Positions 11,886 through 24,302 of a DNA stretch of 64,000 bases are shown piece after piece. This DNA comes from Octopus vulgaris (taxonomy: Eukaryota). The notes beneath the pieces were generated by a model that was not told where the DNA came from, did not search any database, and saw only the letters and a program-made list of their open reading frames with translations. How positions within the stretch are numbered: position 1 is the first letter of the stretch; each line of letters opens with the position of its first letter. The stretch covers positions 87,172,001 through 87,236,000 of the forward strand of contig OX597818.1 of the NCBI GenBank assembly GCA_951406725.2. The letters run 5' to 3'. The position numbers and the translations under genes are program-made.

Positions 11886-12360
11886 ACCCTTTAGTATTCA
11901 GATTTCTCTGTCGAATGTAATGTATATTTACAAACACTGTTTTGAATTTAATCATGCATTATTGCATATCTTGCAGTCGGAGGTTCACAGTTTCAATTCC
12001 CAAACCGGGCATTATGTGTGTTTATTGAGCTCCACGAGGCTCTGGCAGGGAGTGGTGTCGACCCCTGTTGTACTCTTTCACCCCAATTTTCTCTCACTCT
12101 TTCTTCCTATTTCTTGAGTCACACTGCGATGGACCGGCATCCTGTCCAGCTGGCGGGAACACATATGCCACAGAAACCGGGAAACCAGGCCTATGAGCCT
12201 GGCTAGGCTTGAAAAGGGTGCATAAATAAATTATTGCATATCTCCAGTATTTTAAAGATGTGATAGTTTATTTTTTAGAATGACATAGTAAGGTAGGTGG
12301 GTGAAGTTAGATCAGGTGGAATATTTAGGTCAGATATGACCAGTTTAAATGCTAAAGGGT
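11886..12360. mobile_element. piggyBac-type MITE (D2) interrupted by a SINE; other D2 copies ~27967-28580 (interrupted by SINE B), 51622-51836, 60827-61042
   Basis: CCCTTTAG(T/C)ATT...AATGCTAAAGGG termini flanked by TTAA-like sites in several copies. Confidence 0.75.
11972..12229 (+). mobile_element. 5'-truncated SINE with V-domain-like core and 14-bp TSD
   Basis: TSD ATTATTGCATATCT at 11958-71 and 12230-43; B-box-like GTTTCAATTCCC; CTGCGATGGACCGGCATCCTGTCCAG resembles the V-SINE domain; (TAAA) tail. Confidence 0.7.
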
Positions 12361-13140
12361 TAGACAAACTTGGGTTCTTGGGAAGGCCTTAGATATCTTT
12401 TATCTTTTGCTTGTTTTATTCATTGGAATGTGGTCATGCTAGGGCACTGCCTTGAAATGTTTAGTTGAACAAATCAAATCAAACATGTTTTTTTTTAAGC
12501 CTGGTACTTTTTCTATAAGCCTCTATTGTTGAACCACTGAGTTATGAGGATGAGGACATAAACAAACCAGCACCGGTTGTCAAGTAGTGGGTAGGGGACA
12601 AACGCAAGGATGCACACACACATCCTTCCTTCCGTTGCTTTTTGGAATGGAGAAACTGTCTTTAGACAGTTAACCTCCTCCCCTTTGTAATAGCGACACC
12701 TGGTCTTTAAGTGCTTTTAACTTGGGTGGTTTGCCTAACCAGCTGCACTTTGTAATATCAGCTACTAGTCCTTGGGTGTGTTTAATTTAGTTGATTTAAC
12801 ATGTCATCTGGTTAAACACAAGCACCTGGTGCCTGTGTGCCTTTTGTAGGGTTCACTCTATTGCCTGCATTAAAATTAGAACCAGGCCTAAGCACTCCTC
12901 TTGAGGCATTAACCTGTTGGACATACATTATGTCAGTCATATCAGTGTGCGAGTCCCTTTATGTATCATAGGCTCTGCCCTTTCTCAATCGCAATTAACT
13001 TAACCCTTTGCTTGTCCAAAGAATTTTCATAAATTTGTTCTAAATATCCACGCTTGTTTTCAGACTTTTAGTTAACCCTTGTTTCATCCGCTCTGAGTAA
13101 TGTAAAGCTTTCCTTACATAAGTCCCAAGTTACTCTAGTG

Positions 13141-13640
13141 TAGTGGTTCTCAACCAGAGTCCATATTAGATTTTTGGGGTCCTTGCAACAAAACAGTATC
13201 TTAAGGGACCCTGCCAAGAGAAATCATTCTTGTGGCCATTGCTGGTTTCACATAACTGACACCCATGTCAGCGGCATGTAAAAAGTACCCATTATGCTCT
13301 TGGAGTGGTTGGTGCTAGGAAAGGCATCCAGCTGTAGAAACCATGCCAAATCAGAGTGGAACCTGGTGCAGCTCTCCCACTTACCAGTTTTCAGTCAAAC
13401 CGTCTAACCCATGCCAGCATGGAAAACAGACGCTAAATGATGATGATGTATATATTGGTATGTATTTCAAAAAGCAGCTTGGATTTTTTTTTTCTCTAAA
13501 ATTTTACATAATACAACAAACACACGTTAATGTGTGAAAGTATTTTTTAAAATATTGAATGGCTATGGGGGGGGGGGGGTCCACCAGAATAAAATAATAA
13601 TCGAAGGAATCCATAAATAAACAATGGTTGGGAACCCCTG
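13141..13640. mobile_element. hAT-Charlie-like MITE containing a nested family C retroposon (~13235-13448)
   Basis: Perfect 8-bp TSD CTCTAGTG (13133-40, 13641-48); TIRs TAGTGGTTCTCAACC / GGTTGGGAACCCCTG. Confidence 0.85.
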
Positions 13641-14519
13641 CTCTAGTGTTGGAAAAAAATTGGGAATGTATGTCATGACTTCCAGGGTAATGTCTTGCAT
13701 ATTACATGTGTCATACAAGACAGGTATTACCTGTGACATACAGGACAATCAAAAGGCAAAACAAAACCTTTATTATCAGGTTTGTTTTAAGTGCAGTAAT
13801 ATGAGTTCAAGATTAAATGTGTCACTGTTGTTGTTTTGTATCATTGTCACGTGTTTGTATGTATCTGTGTGTGTACACGTGTGTATATATTGAATAACAG
13901 ATAAAAGTATTTGATAACAAAGAGTTGATTAGCTGGAGTAGTGTATGATAAAACAGGTGTTATCACCTAGGATGGAAGGGTACATGGTCTGACAACAGGT
14001 GTTATGACCCAAGTTAAAACCAGGGTATACGGTCTATTGATAAGCATGTTTATTTATAGTAGCAGTAAATGTTTCTCTAATACAGTAAGGTGGTTTACTA
14101 GCGACTAGTGCAGACCCACCTAAGTCGCCTGCTTTGGTGCTGTAGTGAGGTAACCCCTTCCATGTGTACTGGGTATTCTTCAAGTGTTTTAAGGTATTTT
14201 AAGCATTTACAAAGTTGGTGTTTGTGTGTACATAGATGAATACATACATACGTGCACGTGTGCACACAGACACACGTTTTTATATATATATATATACATA
14301 CATACACACACACAAGACAAGGCATAAATAATGATCATTACATAGTTTTTCTTGTAGTAAACTTGTCTTACAGCTGTTTCCAGTTGTCATTATAGGTTCA
14401 TTATTGATAGGTTTGCTCAATCAGCCCATTGATCAGTTGAGAAAGATTCGAAAACCTAGAAAATTAATGGCTGCCTTTCGGCAAAATTTGAAACCATTAT
14501 CATTATCATCATTGTTATT

Positions 14520-14725
14520 AAGGCGGCAAGCTGGTAGAATTGTCAACACAACAGACAAAGTGATTAGTGACATTTTGTCCGTCTTTTTGTTCTGAGTTCA
14601 GATTCCGCAAATATTGATTTTGCCTTTCGTCCTTTCTGGGTCAATTGAATACTGAGATTGACATGTTCGACTCCTCCCCCTACCCCGAAATTGCTGGCTT
14701 TGTGCCAAAATTTGAAACCATTATT
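14520..14725 (+). mobile_element. SINE family A
   Basis: AAGGCGGCAAGCTGGTAGAA...TTCTGAGTTCAGATTCCGC...GTGCCAAAATTTGAAACC. Confidence 0.8.
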
Positions 14726-15156
14726 TTAATTGTGTGAGAGAGTAGTGCATACCCAGTATATCCATTATGACCTTGCAGGTGGAGCCCAGTTAGAATTTTC
14801 TTTGGGTCGAGTAGCCCATCCTGTTCAAATGGTCCTTGAATAAGGGCTGTTTAAGGATATTGAATGAAACCCCCATGTTTCCAGAAGTGAATTATCCAAA
14901 CCTAAAAGAATTCCTCTCAACACATGGCTATGGTGCTCCCCCACTACTTCTTGCTTGAGTTGCGACGTCACAGGTGCCAAGCTGTATCAGCCCTTGCTTT
15001 TCCCTTGGATAACACTGGTGGCATGGAGAGGGGAGGCCGGTATGCATAGGCGACTGCTGGTCTTCCATAAACAACCTTGCCGGACTTGTACCTGGTAGGG
15101 GGATAACTTTCTAGGTGCAATCCATGGTTAGTGTCATGACCGATGGTGGTCTCAGA

Positions 15157-15190
<34 letters not shown>

Positions 15191-15329
15191 GACAGTATGA
15201 AGAGAATGATGCAATTGCAATAGCTATTTAATTGGTTGAACGATATTTCGACAGCTAGCCTGTGTTTGTCGGGTTCGAGAGTTCTGCAATTTGTAGATGA
15301 ACTGTTTCTATTTGCATCAGCTCACTCCC

Positions 15330-15512
15330 TCCATCAAATTGTCATAGCTTGTACAGTGGCACAAATGTGCCACACGTCGGATGTCATCGAGCAGTGTGAA
15401 ATGAAGTGTTTTACTCGAAAACACGATGTTGCGCCCAGTCTGGGAATCAAACCAGTCTGGGAATCAAACGATCTAGCAATTGTAAATCCAGCTCCCTAAC
15501 CACTAGGCCACA
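15330..15512 (-). mobile_element. tRNA-headed SINE fragment (family E); related head fragments at ~10848-10900 (+) and ~53262-53320 (-)
   Basis: Minus strand GTGGCCTAGTGGTTAGGG (A-box) ... TTTGATTCCCAG (B-box); small internal duplication CCAGTCTGGGAATCAAA x2. Confidence 0.6.
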
Positions 15513-17079
15513 CACACATATATCTTTACATACACACTCACACACACCACAACATAAACACACACATAGAACACTATAATTCAATTTTTCTGTACTTTTT
15601 CTCTTTTCCTCACCTTCTACCTAATATCTCTCTTTCCCCCCTCAGTCTCTCACTCTCTCTTTCTCCTCAGTTTTTTTTTCACATCATCCCCCATCTTTTC
15701 CCACCTTCCCCTTCCAGCTCATCTGCCTCTTTCTCGAACCTGTCATCTCTCATCTTCATTAACTCTCATTGCCATCATCATCATCATCATACCTTCCTCC
15801 TTCTCCATGCACACGTACACACACTCCCCGTTCCTCTTTGGTGTCCCTTAAGGATGCTAACTCTACTATGTGCATACATATATATAGATGTGTATGTGTG
15901 TGAAGGGGAGGAACCAGAGGTCCAGTTGGTAAACATTTATTTAAGGAATGTCTGTGGAAATAATGTTGGGCATGGGGGAGGGGGCAATGGGTGTTGAGAA
16001 GGAAAAGTGACACCACCCCCCTGGTGAGGCAAGGTTTCAATCTCATTTCACAGTTCAGTGCAGTTGGTGGGTGGTACAGATAAGGGGGTGGCAGATGTAA
16101 TTCTAAAAATCTACTCCCTTTCCTTACAACCCCCATCTTCATTCCATTTAAGTACCGACCCCCAACTCAAATGAATCTTTCTTAACTTCTTGTCTCATTC
16201 TAGACCCTTAATTAATGTTGTTGGTGGTGATAGTGGTCGTGTTTCACCCGGGTCAATTCTGATCAAGTAATGCTATATTTGTAGACATTCCATATATGAC
16301 CATCCAATGTATTTTCCCTATATGCAAGGAACCAGATCCCCCATTAAGCAATGTACCTTTTTCCTAAGATGGCAGGCTGCAGCTCAAGGGATATTTGGCT
16401 GTGGTTTCTTGTAGGTCAGGCAAATTCTGTACATGGCTATCCAATATCTTTTCCTTATCTGGAAGAAAGCAGAGCCCCAGTTAAGCAATGTGTCTTTTTC
16501 TAAAGTAGTATACAATGATTTGTGGAAGATTTGGCTGCTGTTTCTAGTAGGTCAAGCAAGACTGAAGAGTCTCGTAATCTAGTACCTAGTGACATGGACA
16601 CTGGTCACTGTGGTATATGAACAAAGTTGAGAAGTTTCTGAGTTCATGCCAAAATATTTTGTTGTGTTTCAAGTGGGTCATTATGTTAATAACACACACA
16701 CACTGTTTCTATTTCACTTCTTTTGTTGTTGTTATTATTATCATTAGTTTATTGGTTGACCATTCAACTAATTAATTCATCAATCACTTGATTAATGGTT
16801 TGGTCAGTCGATCCATCAGCTAGGTTTCTTGGTCTCCTTTCAATACCATTCATGACCTCGTCTGTGATATTCCCTCTCTATTCTAGCACAGCTTTAGTTC
16901 TATGAGGATGAAAAAACTTAGAGGCAAACCCAACATCGGTTGAGGGTAAACATGAAAAATTTTGTCAGAGTGATGTTTGGCTGCGAAGGGGTGGGGATTG
17001 AAGCAGGATGTGGAATAAAGAATATTTGAGAAACATGGGAATACCAGTTTCTCATTTGCTTGATCCATCAAATGGTTTA

Positions 17080-17335
17080 GAAAATTAGTTTTGATGTTTG
17101 GTGAGTAAGTTACATGTTATGTTTTAGGGAACCAAATATATAATATATTTACATCTGGCGGCGATGATAAAATGCAAAAGAGCTGTTACATCTGGTGTCG
17201 ATGTTGATCAGAAAACAAATATGATGGTAGTAAAAGCCTTCACATCAACATCTGTGTGTCATAAATTCTACAGATGTGAACTTTAAAAGAGACACATTTG
17301 CTAAAGGTGAGACAATCTAAAGGGTGCCTTATTTA
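17080..17335 (+). repeat. Copy 1 of a ~260-bp direct duplication (copy 2 at ~21752-21998)
   Basis: Colinear blocks AAAATTAGTTTTGATGTT, TTTACATCTGG, GATGATAAAATGCAAAA, ACATCTGGTGTCGATG, TCATAAATTCTACAGATGTG, AAAGGTGAGACA. Confidence 0.85.
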
Positions 17336-17400
17336 TGTTTGTGTGTACTATATATATATATATATCATCATCATTGTTTAACATCTTCCTTCCATACTAG

Positions 17401-17442
<42 letters not shown>

Positions 17443-17447
<5 letters not shown>

Positions 17448-17800
17448 GGAAATATCAAAAACCATGGCAGAAGGAGTATCTCAAGTCATTTAGAATAATT
17501 TATTTAGGGTAAGGTGAATTTGAAGTCTTACAGCTGTTTCTGGGATAACCCAAGTGGTAGGTTAGCGTGTCCACATACTGGGCATTCTGTCATTAGAGAC
17601 AAGGTATGAATGTTTTAGACAGGGAAAATTTACAGTTTGCAAGGAATAAAATATTCATACCTTGTCTCTGAAGAAAGAATGCCCAGTTGGGTTTTCTCAG
17701 AAATGGCTGTAAGTCTTCAAATTCACTTTACTCTAATTTAAATTTATTCTAAATGAGTTGAGATACTTGTCCTGCCTTGTTTTTTGGTTTTTCCTCTAAT
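17443..17800. mobile_element. Inverted-repeat Penelope-like element P3 next to (TA)n, with an HHR motif in each arm (17525-17600 minus; 17664-17715 plus)
   Basis: Arms ~17443-17615 and ~17650-17800 are diverged reverse complements. Plus arm GTCT-CTGAAGA...GAAA-TGGCTG-TA-AGTC; minus arm GTCT-CTAATGA...GAAA-CAGCTG-TA-AGAC. Confidence 0.65.
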
Positions 17801-18169
17801 AATATTTATACCTGCTATAACAGAATCTTAATACAGATCCCTAGATCTAGCCTTAGCTGTGATCTTGGAATCTAATGGTTGACCAACTATAGCACTTAGG
17901 GTACTTGTTTGTTTAGATCACAAATGAAGTAAACCCCTCATATTTGTTATATATATGTATATATATACACACACAAACTTGTTACCAGTTCAAATATGTT
18001 TAAGACCTGTTTAAACACATGAAGTCATTCACTGCATTTAGTCTTAGAGAAACATTCCTACTGTAGGAACATAGGTGTAAATGCACCAGATCGGGACGAA
18101 GTGTCCCTATCCAGATTGATGGATACAGACACACATATACATACACATGCGCATTCATACATATATTTA

Positions 18170-18625
18170 TTATTTGTTTTAATCACTAGAATGCGACCAT
18201 GCTGGAGCACTGCCTTAAGGAATTTGTAGTCAAATGAATCAACCCCAGCACTTGCTTTTTTTTTTTTTTTAAACCCAAGTACTTATTTTGTCGGTCTCTT
18301 TTGCCGAACTGTTAAGTTACAGGGATGTACACACACCAGCACCAGTTGTCGTGTGGTGGTGGTGGTGGGGGACAAACGCAGACACACCGACACACACATA
18401 GATATTATACATATATACATTATATACACACACACACACACACATGTACACGATGGGCTTCTTTCAGTTTCCGTCTACCAAATCCATTCACAAGGCCTTG
18501 GTCGGCCCGAGGCTATAAGAGAAGACACTTGCCCAAGTGGCCGTGCAGTGGGACTGAACCTGGAACCATGTGGTTAGGAAGCAAGCTTCTTACCATACAG
18601 CCATGCTTCTTACCATACAGCCATG
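18170..18625 (-). mobile_element. SINE family B
   Basis: GGGCTTCTTTCAGTTTCCGTCTACCAAATCC...GGACTGAACCTGGAACCATGTGGTT. Confidence 0.9.
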
Positions 18626-19063
18626 CTTATCCACACATGCATCATTCTTATATACATTACATTCATGCATACATGAATAACTTGTGTGCATACATACATA
18701 CAAACATATACATGCACATATTGCATACATATATTAGTACATATGTATTAGGACAGCTTCTTATACCCCTTCCTCAAAGAACTACTACACGGTTACTTAA
18801 TCTAATAGAAACAACATCCAAATCTCCCTCAAATTATACCATATTGGATTTAAAATGAAAGGAAGAATCTAAATCCACTGGTTAATGTAATCCAGAATGC
18901 AAATGCATCTTCTCTGAATTAAAGATATCATAATGGTTACTGCTAGAATGCATCTGCTCGTAAATCTACAGGATCAGGATTGGCCCGGGGCTAAACAACA
19001 AAAACTTTGCTGTGTGCCTCATAAAGAGTGCAGAAAATCAATACATTACCTAATCTGTTGTTA

Positions 19064-19196
19064 GTTACTATGGCAACTTGATGAAAACTAATATGCTGTC
19101 CTGGCAACCAAAGTAGATTCCATTTTCGATAGGGCAGCGTAATGGCTGAGACTGTGGAATATTGGATTAAATGTGGTTATTTGTTTCCCTTGAAAC
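19064..19196. promoter_or_regulatory. Cluster of RFX X-box-like motifs
   Basis: GTTACTATGGCAAC (19064-77, fits GTHNYY-AT-RRNAAC), GCTGTCCTGGCAAC (19095-108), GTTTCCCTTGAAAC (19183-96), in non-repetitive sequence. Confidence 0.35.
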
Positions 19197-19244
19197 TGCG
19201 AATCGTATTCAGGACGGTGTTACCTCTGAGATTTTGTTTGACAT

Positions 19245-19845
19245 CTTTTACTTGTTTCAGTAATTGGAATGTGGCCATGCTGGAACACCTCTTTGAAGAG
19301 TTTATTTGAACAAATCAACCCCCCCACCCCCAATGAATCCACACCCCCCTTTTTTTTTAGCTTGGTATTTATTCTGTCAATCTTTTTTGCTGAGCCATTA
19401 ACCCTTTCATTACCAACCTGGCTGAAACTGGCTCTGGCTCTGTGTACAAATGTCTTGTTTTCATAAGTTTTGAATCAAAATCTTCCTCCAAGCCTTAGTC
19501 ACAATTTATATTCCTAACACTAGCTGAAGGATAACTAAGTTATTTTACGAAATTCTCTATTATATTTAAAGTAATCGAAAGGAACACAAAGCATCTCAAA
19601 ATAAATACAGTAACGAAAGGGTTAAGTTATAGGGATGTAGACAAACAAACCCTGGTTGTCAAACAGCGGTGGGAAACACATATATAACAAGTTTCTTTCA
19701 GTTTTCATCTCTCAAATCCACTCGTACGGTTTTAGTCAGCCCAAGGTTAGCAGAAGACACTTGCTCATGGTTCCACACTGTGGAACTGAACCCAGAACCA
19801 TGTGGTTGGGAAGCAAGCTTCTTACCACTCAGCCACACCTGTGCC
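19245..19845 (-). mobile_element. SINE B interrupted by a piggyBac MITE
   Basis: The B consensus resumes after the MITE: GCTGAGCCA-TTAA-GTTATAGGG. Confidence 0.8.
19402..19621. mobile_element. piggyBac-type MITE (D1)
   Basis: TTAA TSDs 19398-401 and 19622-25; TIRs CCCTTTCATTAC / GTAACGAAAGGG; body highly similar to 10507-10707. Confidence 0.85.
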
Positions 19846-19857
19846 GTTATTATTATA

Positions 19858-19891
<34 letters not shown>

Positions 19892-20842
19892 CCACTACCT
19901 CTAAGGCCTCAAGCTGGCAGAATCATTAGCATGCTGGATGAAATGCTTAGTGGTATTTCATCTGCCGCTACATTCTGAGTTCAAATTCTGCCAAGGTTGA
20001 CTTTGCCTTTCATCCTTTCGGGGTCAATTAAACAAATAATCGACTTTATCCCTTCCCCCCAAATTTGAGGCCTTGTGCTTCCAGTAGAAAGGATTGGACC
20101 AATTCTGAGGTTTCGCCTGTAATTGAAAAAGGTATTATAAAAGGAGAAAGGGGCTCTCTACCCCCTTTTTGACCAGGCTCCAGTGGCTTTTATGGGTTTT
20201 TCCACGTGAGACCTTTTCTTTTTTCGAAGCATCTCCTCTATTGGGAGTTTTGTAAATTGTTGAATTTTTTTCGTTGTTATAAAGCTTGTTTACACGGACA
20301 TTTTTCTTTCAAAAAACGGACAAAACCTTTTGTGGCCAATAAAAAGAATCGATTATTATTATCATTATTAATAATGAGATGGTGAGTTGTCAGAATCATT
20401 AAAGTGTCAGATAAAATGCTTAGTGGAAATATCTTTCATCTCTTTATGTCCTGAGTTCAAATAGCGCTGAGCTTTACTTAGACTTTCATCCTAATGAGAT
20501 TGATAAAATAAGTAATAACTAAGCCCTGGTGGGGATCAATGTAATAGACTACCCACTCCCACAAATTTCAGGCATTGTGCCTATATATCTCAAAGAATTA
20601 TATTTTGGTATATACAACTTGATGTAGCATATAGTGTAAACATTCAAGTGGTATCATAATTTTTCTCAATCTTGGACTTCATATGGCATTTTGTGGTATA
20701 AATTCACCTGCCTTTCTTTTGGTAGAGGTTAAGAATACACACACCACCCATTTTCAGGTGTGTGTATTCTTTACCTTTGCCCCCCACTTTTTTATTTGGT
20801 TGTAAATTTGGGATGAAAATTTCAACATTTTTATTATGATAT

Positions 20843-21705
20843 AGGCATATGCATGGTTGTGTGGTAAGAAGCTTGTCTCCCAACCACATGGTTCCAGGTT
20901 CAGTCTCTCTGCATGGCACTCTGGGCAAGTTTCATCTATAGCCTTGGGCTGACCAAAGTCCTGCGAGTGGATTTGGTAGATGGAAACTGAAAGAAGCCCA
21001 TCGTATATGCATGTGCGTCTTTGTCCCCAACCACCACTTGACAACCAGTGTTGGTTTGTTTACATCTTCATAACTTAGCAATTCAGCATAAGAAATTGAT
21101 AGAGTAAATACCAGGTTTAAAAAGATAAGCCCTGAAGCGTGGGGAGGGGGGGGCGATTCATTCAACTAAAAATTCTTCAGGGTGGTGCCCCAGCAAGGCC
21201 ACACACACAGTCTAATGACTGAAACAGGTAAAAGATAGAAAATATAGCTAAAGCTATATTAATGTCTTTTTCTAGTTATTTATTTATTTTGCGAGACAGA
21301 ATAGGGTATGATTTGAGGGAAATTTAGCTGCTATTTCTAGCAGATTATGCAATCATGAAGAGGCTTACACACTTTTACTTGTTTCAGTCATTTTCACTGT
21401 AGCCATGCTGGAGCACCACCTTTTAGCCGAAGAAGTCGACCCCAGGACTTATTCTATCGGTCTCTTTTGCCAAACTGCTAAGTTATGGGGACATAAACAC
21501 ATATAGACAGACACAAACACACAAATATATATATATATTATACATGCGACAGGCTTCTTTCAGGTTCCATCTATCAAATCCACTCACAAGGCTTTGGTCG
21601 GCCCAAGGCTATAGTAGAAGACACTTGCCAAAGGTGCCATGCAGTGGAACTGAACCTGGAACCATGTGGTTGGTAAGCAAGCTACTTACCACACAGCTAT
21701 GTCTG
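20843..21705. mobile_element. Tail-to-tail inverted pair of SINE B (~20843-21240 plus; ~21372-21705 minus)
   Basis: Both copies match the B consensus in opposite orientations, about 130 bp apart. Confidence 0.85.
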
Positions 21706-22170
21706 CTTCTTTGTTGTGTTAAATAATTAATTTTTTAAAGTTATGTGTTGAGCAAAATTAGTTTTGATGTTGGGTGGGTAAGTTTCGTGTGTTTTAGGGA
21801 GTCAAATATATAACATTTACATCTGGTGATGATAAAATGCAAAAACGCCATCACATCTGGTGTCGATGATGATCAAAAAACAAATCTGTTGGTGATAAAA
21901 GCCCTCACTTCTACATCTGTTAATCATAAATTCTACAGATGTGGACTTTAAAGGAGACACATGTGGAAAAGGTGAGACATCTAAGGGGTACTTTATTTCA
22001 GCAGTAATTAGATTGATGTTAGTGTATACAAAATATTTATACATGTGTGTGTGTGTGTATACACACATATATTGACTCAGTAAGTTTCTTGATATACCTG
22101 TATGCATGTGTATATAAACCCACTGAATCTTTTGATGAAATATATACGCTTATATTTGTGTATGTGTGTG

Positions 22171-22226
<56 letters not shown>

Positions 22227-22527
22227 GGTTGGTAGTTCTTCAGTGTCCGACGGTGACTAAGTCTTTGGTCTCAGCAATGTGAGTGCATGTGACGCTGCAC
22301 TCCAAAGTCGGAAGCATACAAGTGCTTGAAGATGTCACCACAATAATCTGTTGATTGGACTGAGGTGGATGCTGCCTTGTGACGTCTCTCTCTTGCAGCA
22401 ATGAGATGCAGTCACTGGTCCTCTTCATGTGTATATATATATGTATGTATGTACATATATATATGTATGTATATGTATATACATATATATATATGTATGT
22501 ATATACATATATTACATATATGTATAT

Positions 22528-22570
<43 letters not shown>

Positions 22571-22800
22571 TTCTTTTTCACTCTTACTTGTTTCAGTCAT
22601 TTGACTGTGGCCATGGTGGAGCAACGCCTTTAGTCGAGCAATTCGACCCCAGGATTTATTCTTTGTAAGCCTAGTACTTATTGTATCAGTCTCTTTTGCT
22701 GAACCACTATGTTACGGGGGGACATAAACACACCAACATTGATTGTCAAGTGATAGTGGGAGGACAAATATAGACACACAGACAAAATTGTATACATGGC

Positions 22801-22962
22801 TGGAGACCTTGGGGTAGACCAAGAATGAGATGGTTGTATAATATCCACTGTCTTGGTTGGCCATGCTTGGAAATCTAACTGGATAATGTTATGACTGTCA
22901 GTTCTGATAGGACCTTATGGAGGAGGTGCCTGAAGACTCTACTCCCATGACCCTCCCATTGA
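22801..22962 (+). mobile_element. 3' end of an RTE-clade LINE ORF (decayed)
   Basis: Translation WRPWGRPRMRWLYNIHCLGWPCLEI*LDNVMTVSSDRTLWRRCLKTLLP*P matches the RTE C-terminal pattern RPRGRP..RW.D....DR..WR. Confidence 0.75.
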
Positions 22963-23379
22963 TAGTGGCTAGAGTAAATGGATGGTATTCTGCAATTATG
23001 TGCTGCACAAAAGCAATGTCATTGCAGACATGATATCATTGTCAGCTCATGTCTTTAAAATGGATTGATTAGTTAGTGTTTCATTGTTCACAAAACCAAA
23101 GTACTAGGTGCCTTACTTGGAAGTAGATAAGGTGTGATACCAAGAAGGCCATTTGGCACGTCTCTTCAAACCATTGCCGCCATGGGAATAGCAGAAATAA
23201 AACCCATATCCATCAAAGGATGGATATGCTGAGAGATACACACACAAATCTTTATAGTTGTTTTACCATCCCCTTTTCTATGCCAGCATGTGTCAGGTGA
23301 CTTATGCAATTTTTCTATCACTGGATGTTCTTGTCACCTTTCCTCATATCTGAAGATGGTACTATTTTCCATTCATCTT

Positions 23380-23965
23380 CTCACATTCTTAGTTCAAATT
23401 CAAGCAAGTTTGGTTTTACCTTTCGTCTTTTTGCATTGGGGTCAATGTAAATGACTTACCACCCCTACCTCCCCTGAAATTACTGGCCTAGTGCCAGAAT
23501 TTGAAACTATTATTATTATTATTATCAAGGTGGCAAGCTGGCCGAATCGTTAGCACACTGGGAAAAATGCTCAGTGACATTTTGTCCATCTTTACGTTCT
23601 GAGTTCAAATTCTACCGAGGTTGACTTTGCCTTTCATCCTTTTTGGGGGTCGATGAAATAAGTACCTGTGAAACGCTGGGGTCAATATAATTAACTAATC
23701 CTCCCCCACAAAAATTTCAGGCCTTGTGCCTGTAGTAAAAAGGATTATTATTATTGAGGCAACGAGCTGGTAGAATCATTAGCATGCTGGACAAAATGCC
23801 TAGCAGCATTCTGAGTTCTAATTCTGCCACGTTTCATTTTGCCTTTCATCCTTTCAGGGTTAATAAAATAAAGTACCAGTCAAGTATTGGAGGTCAATGT
23901 AGTCGACTACTTCCACTCCCACACCCCAAAATTTCAGGCCTTGTGCCTTTAGTAGAAAGGATTAT
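23380..23965 (+). mobile_element. Three head-to-tail SINE A copies
   Basis: Repeated TTCTGAGTTC(A/T)AATT / GCCTTTCATCCTTT cores separated by (TTA)n. Confidence 0.85.
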
Positions 23966-23982
23966 TATTATTATTATTATTA

Positions 23983-24302
23983 TTACCTCTGCTTGAACGA
24001 AGGTGGAGGTATTGTGTTTGTTTGTTTGTCCATGGACAAGATATCTCAAGAACCACTGGATGGATTCGGATAAAACTTTCAGGGATGTTTGGCCTCATGA
24101 CAGGCACGAACTGATTAGATCTGGTACCAGACAAAAGTTCTGGATTATTTTTTCCATTTTTTTTTCACTTAATTTTTTAGAGCAGTTGGGTTCATTTTTA
24201 GTATTTTCGTTTGTGAGAGCAGTTGAGTTTATTTCAGATATTCTCATTTTAAAAATCTCCAGCTAATCGTTGAGCGGATGTTGGTGTTGCCTTGGTGGAG
24301 GT
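23983..24302 (+). mobile_element. Helentron-associated non-autonomous element (HINE/DINE-like)
   Basis: 5' TTACCTCTGC..GGTGGAGGT hairpin, then a (GTTT)n tract, ATATCTCAAGAACCACTGGATGGATT, and 3' GCCTTGGTGGAGGT sub-terminal IR; inserted in a T-rich site. Confidence 0.6.

Noticed and set aside
13088-13125. Possible hammerhead (CTGAGTA-ATGTAA...TTACAT-AAG)
   Set aside because: Both core boxes mismatch and there is no stem III or stem I'; too weak
14086-14149. Short AG...GT bounded segment
   Set aside because: Stops in every frame; no other support
18325-18858. Recurrent 'peptides' [17 protein letters not shown] / [15 protein letters not shown] in many ORFs
   Set aside because: Translations of SINE B, not a protein family
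21798-21971. Exon-like AG...GT segment (174 bp) conserved in both duplicated blocks
   Set aside because: Stops in all three frames in this copy and a stop in the best frame of the 17.1-kb copy; not coding
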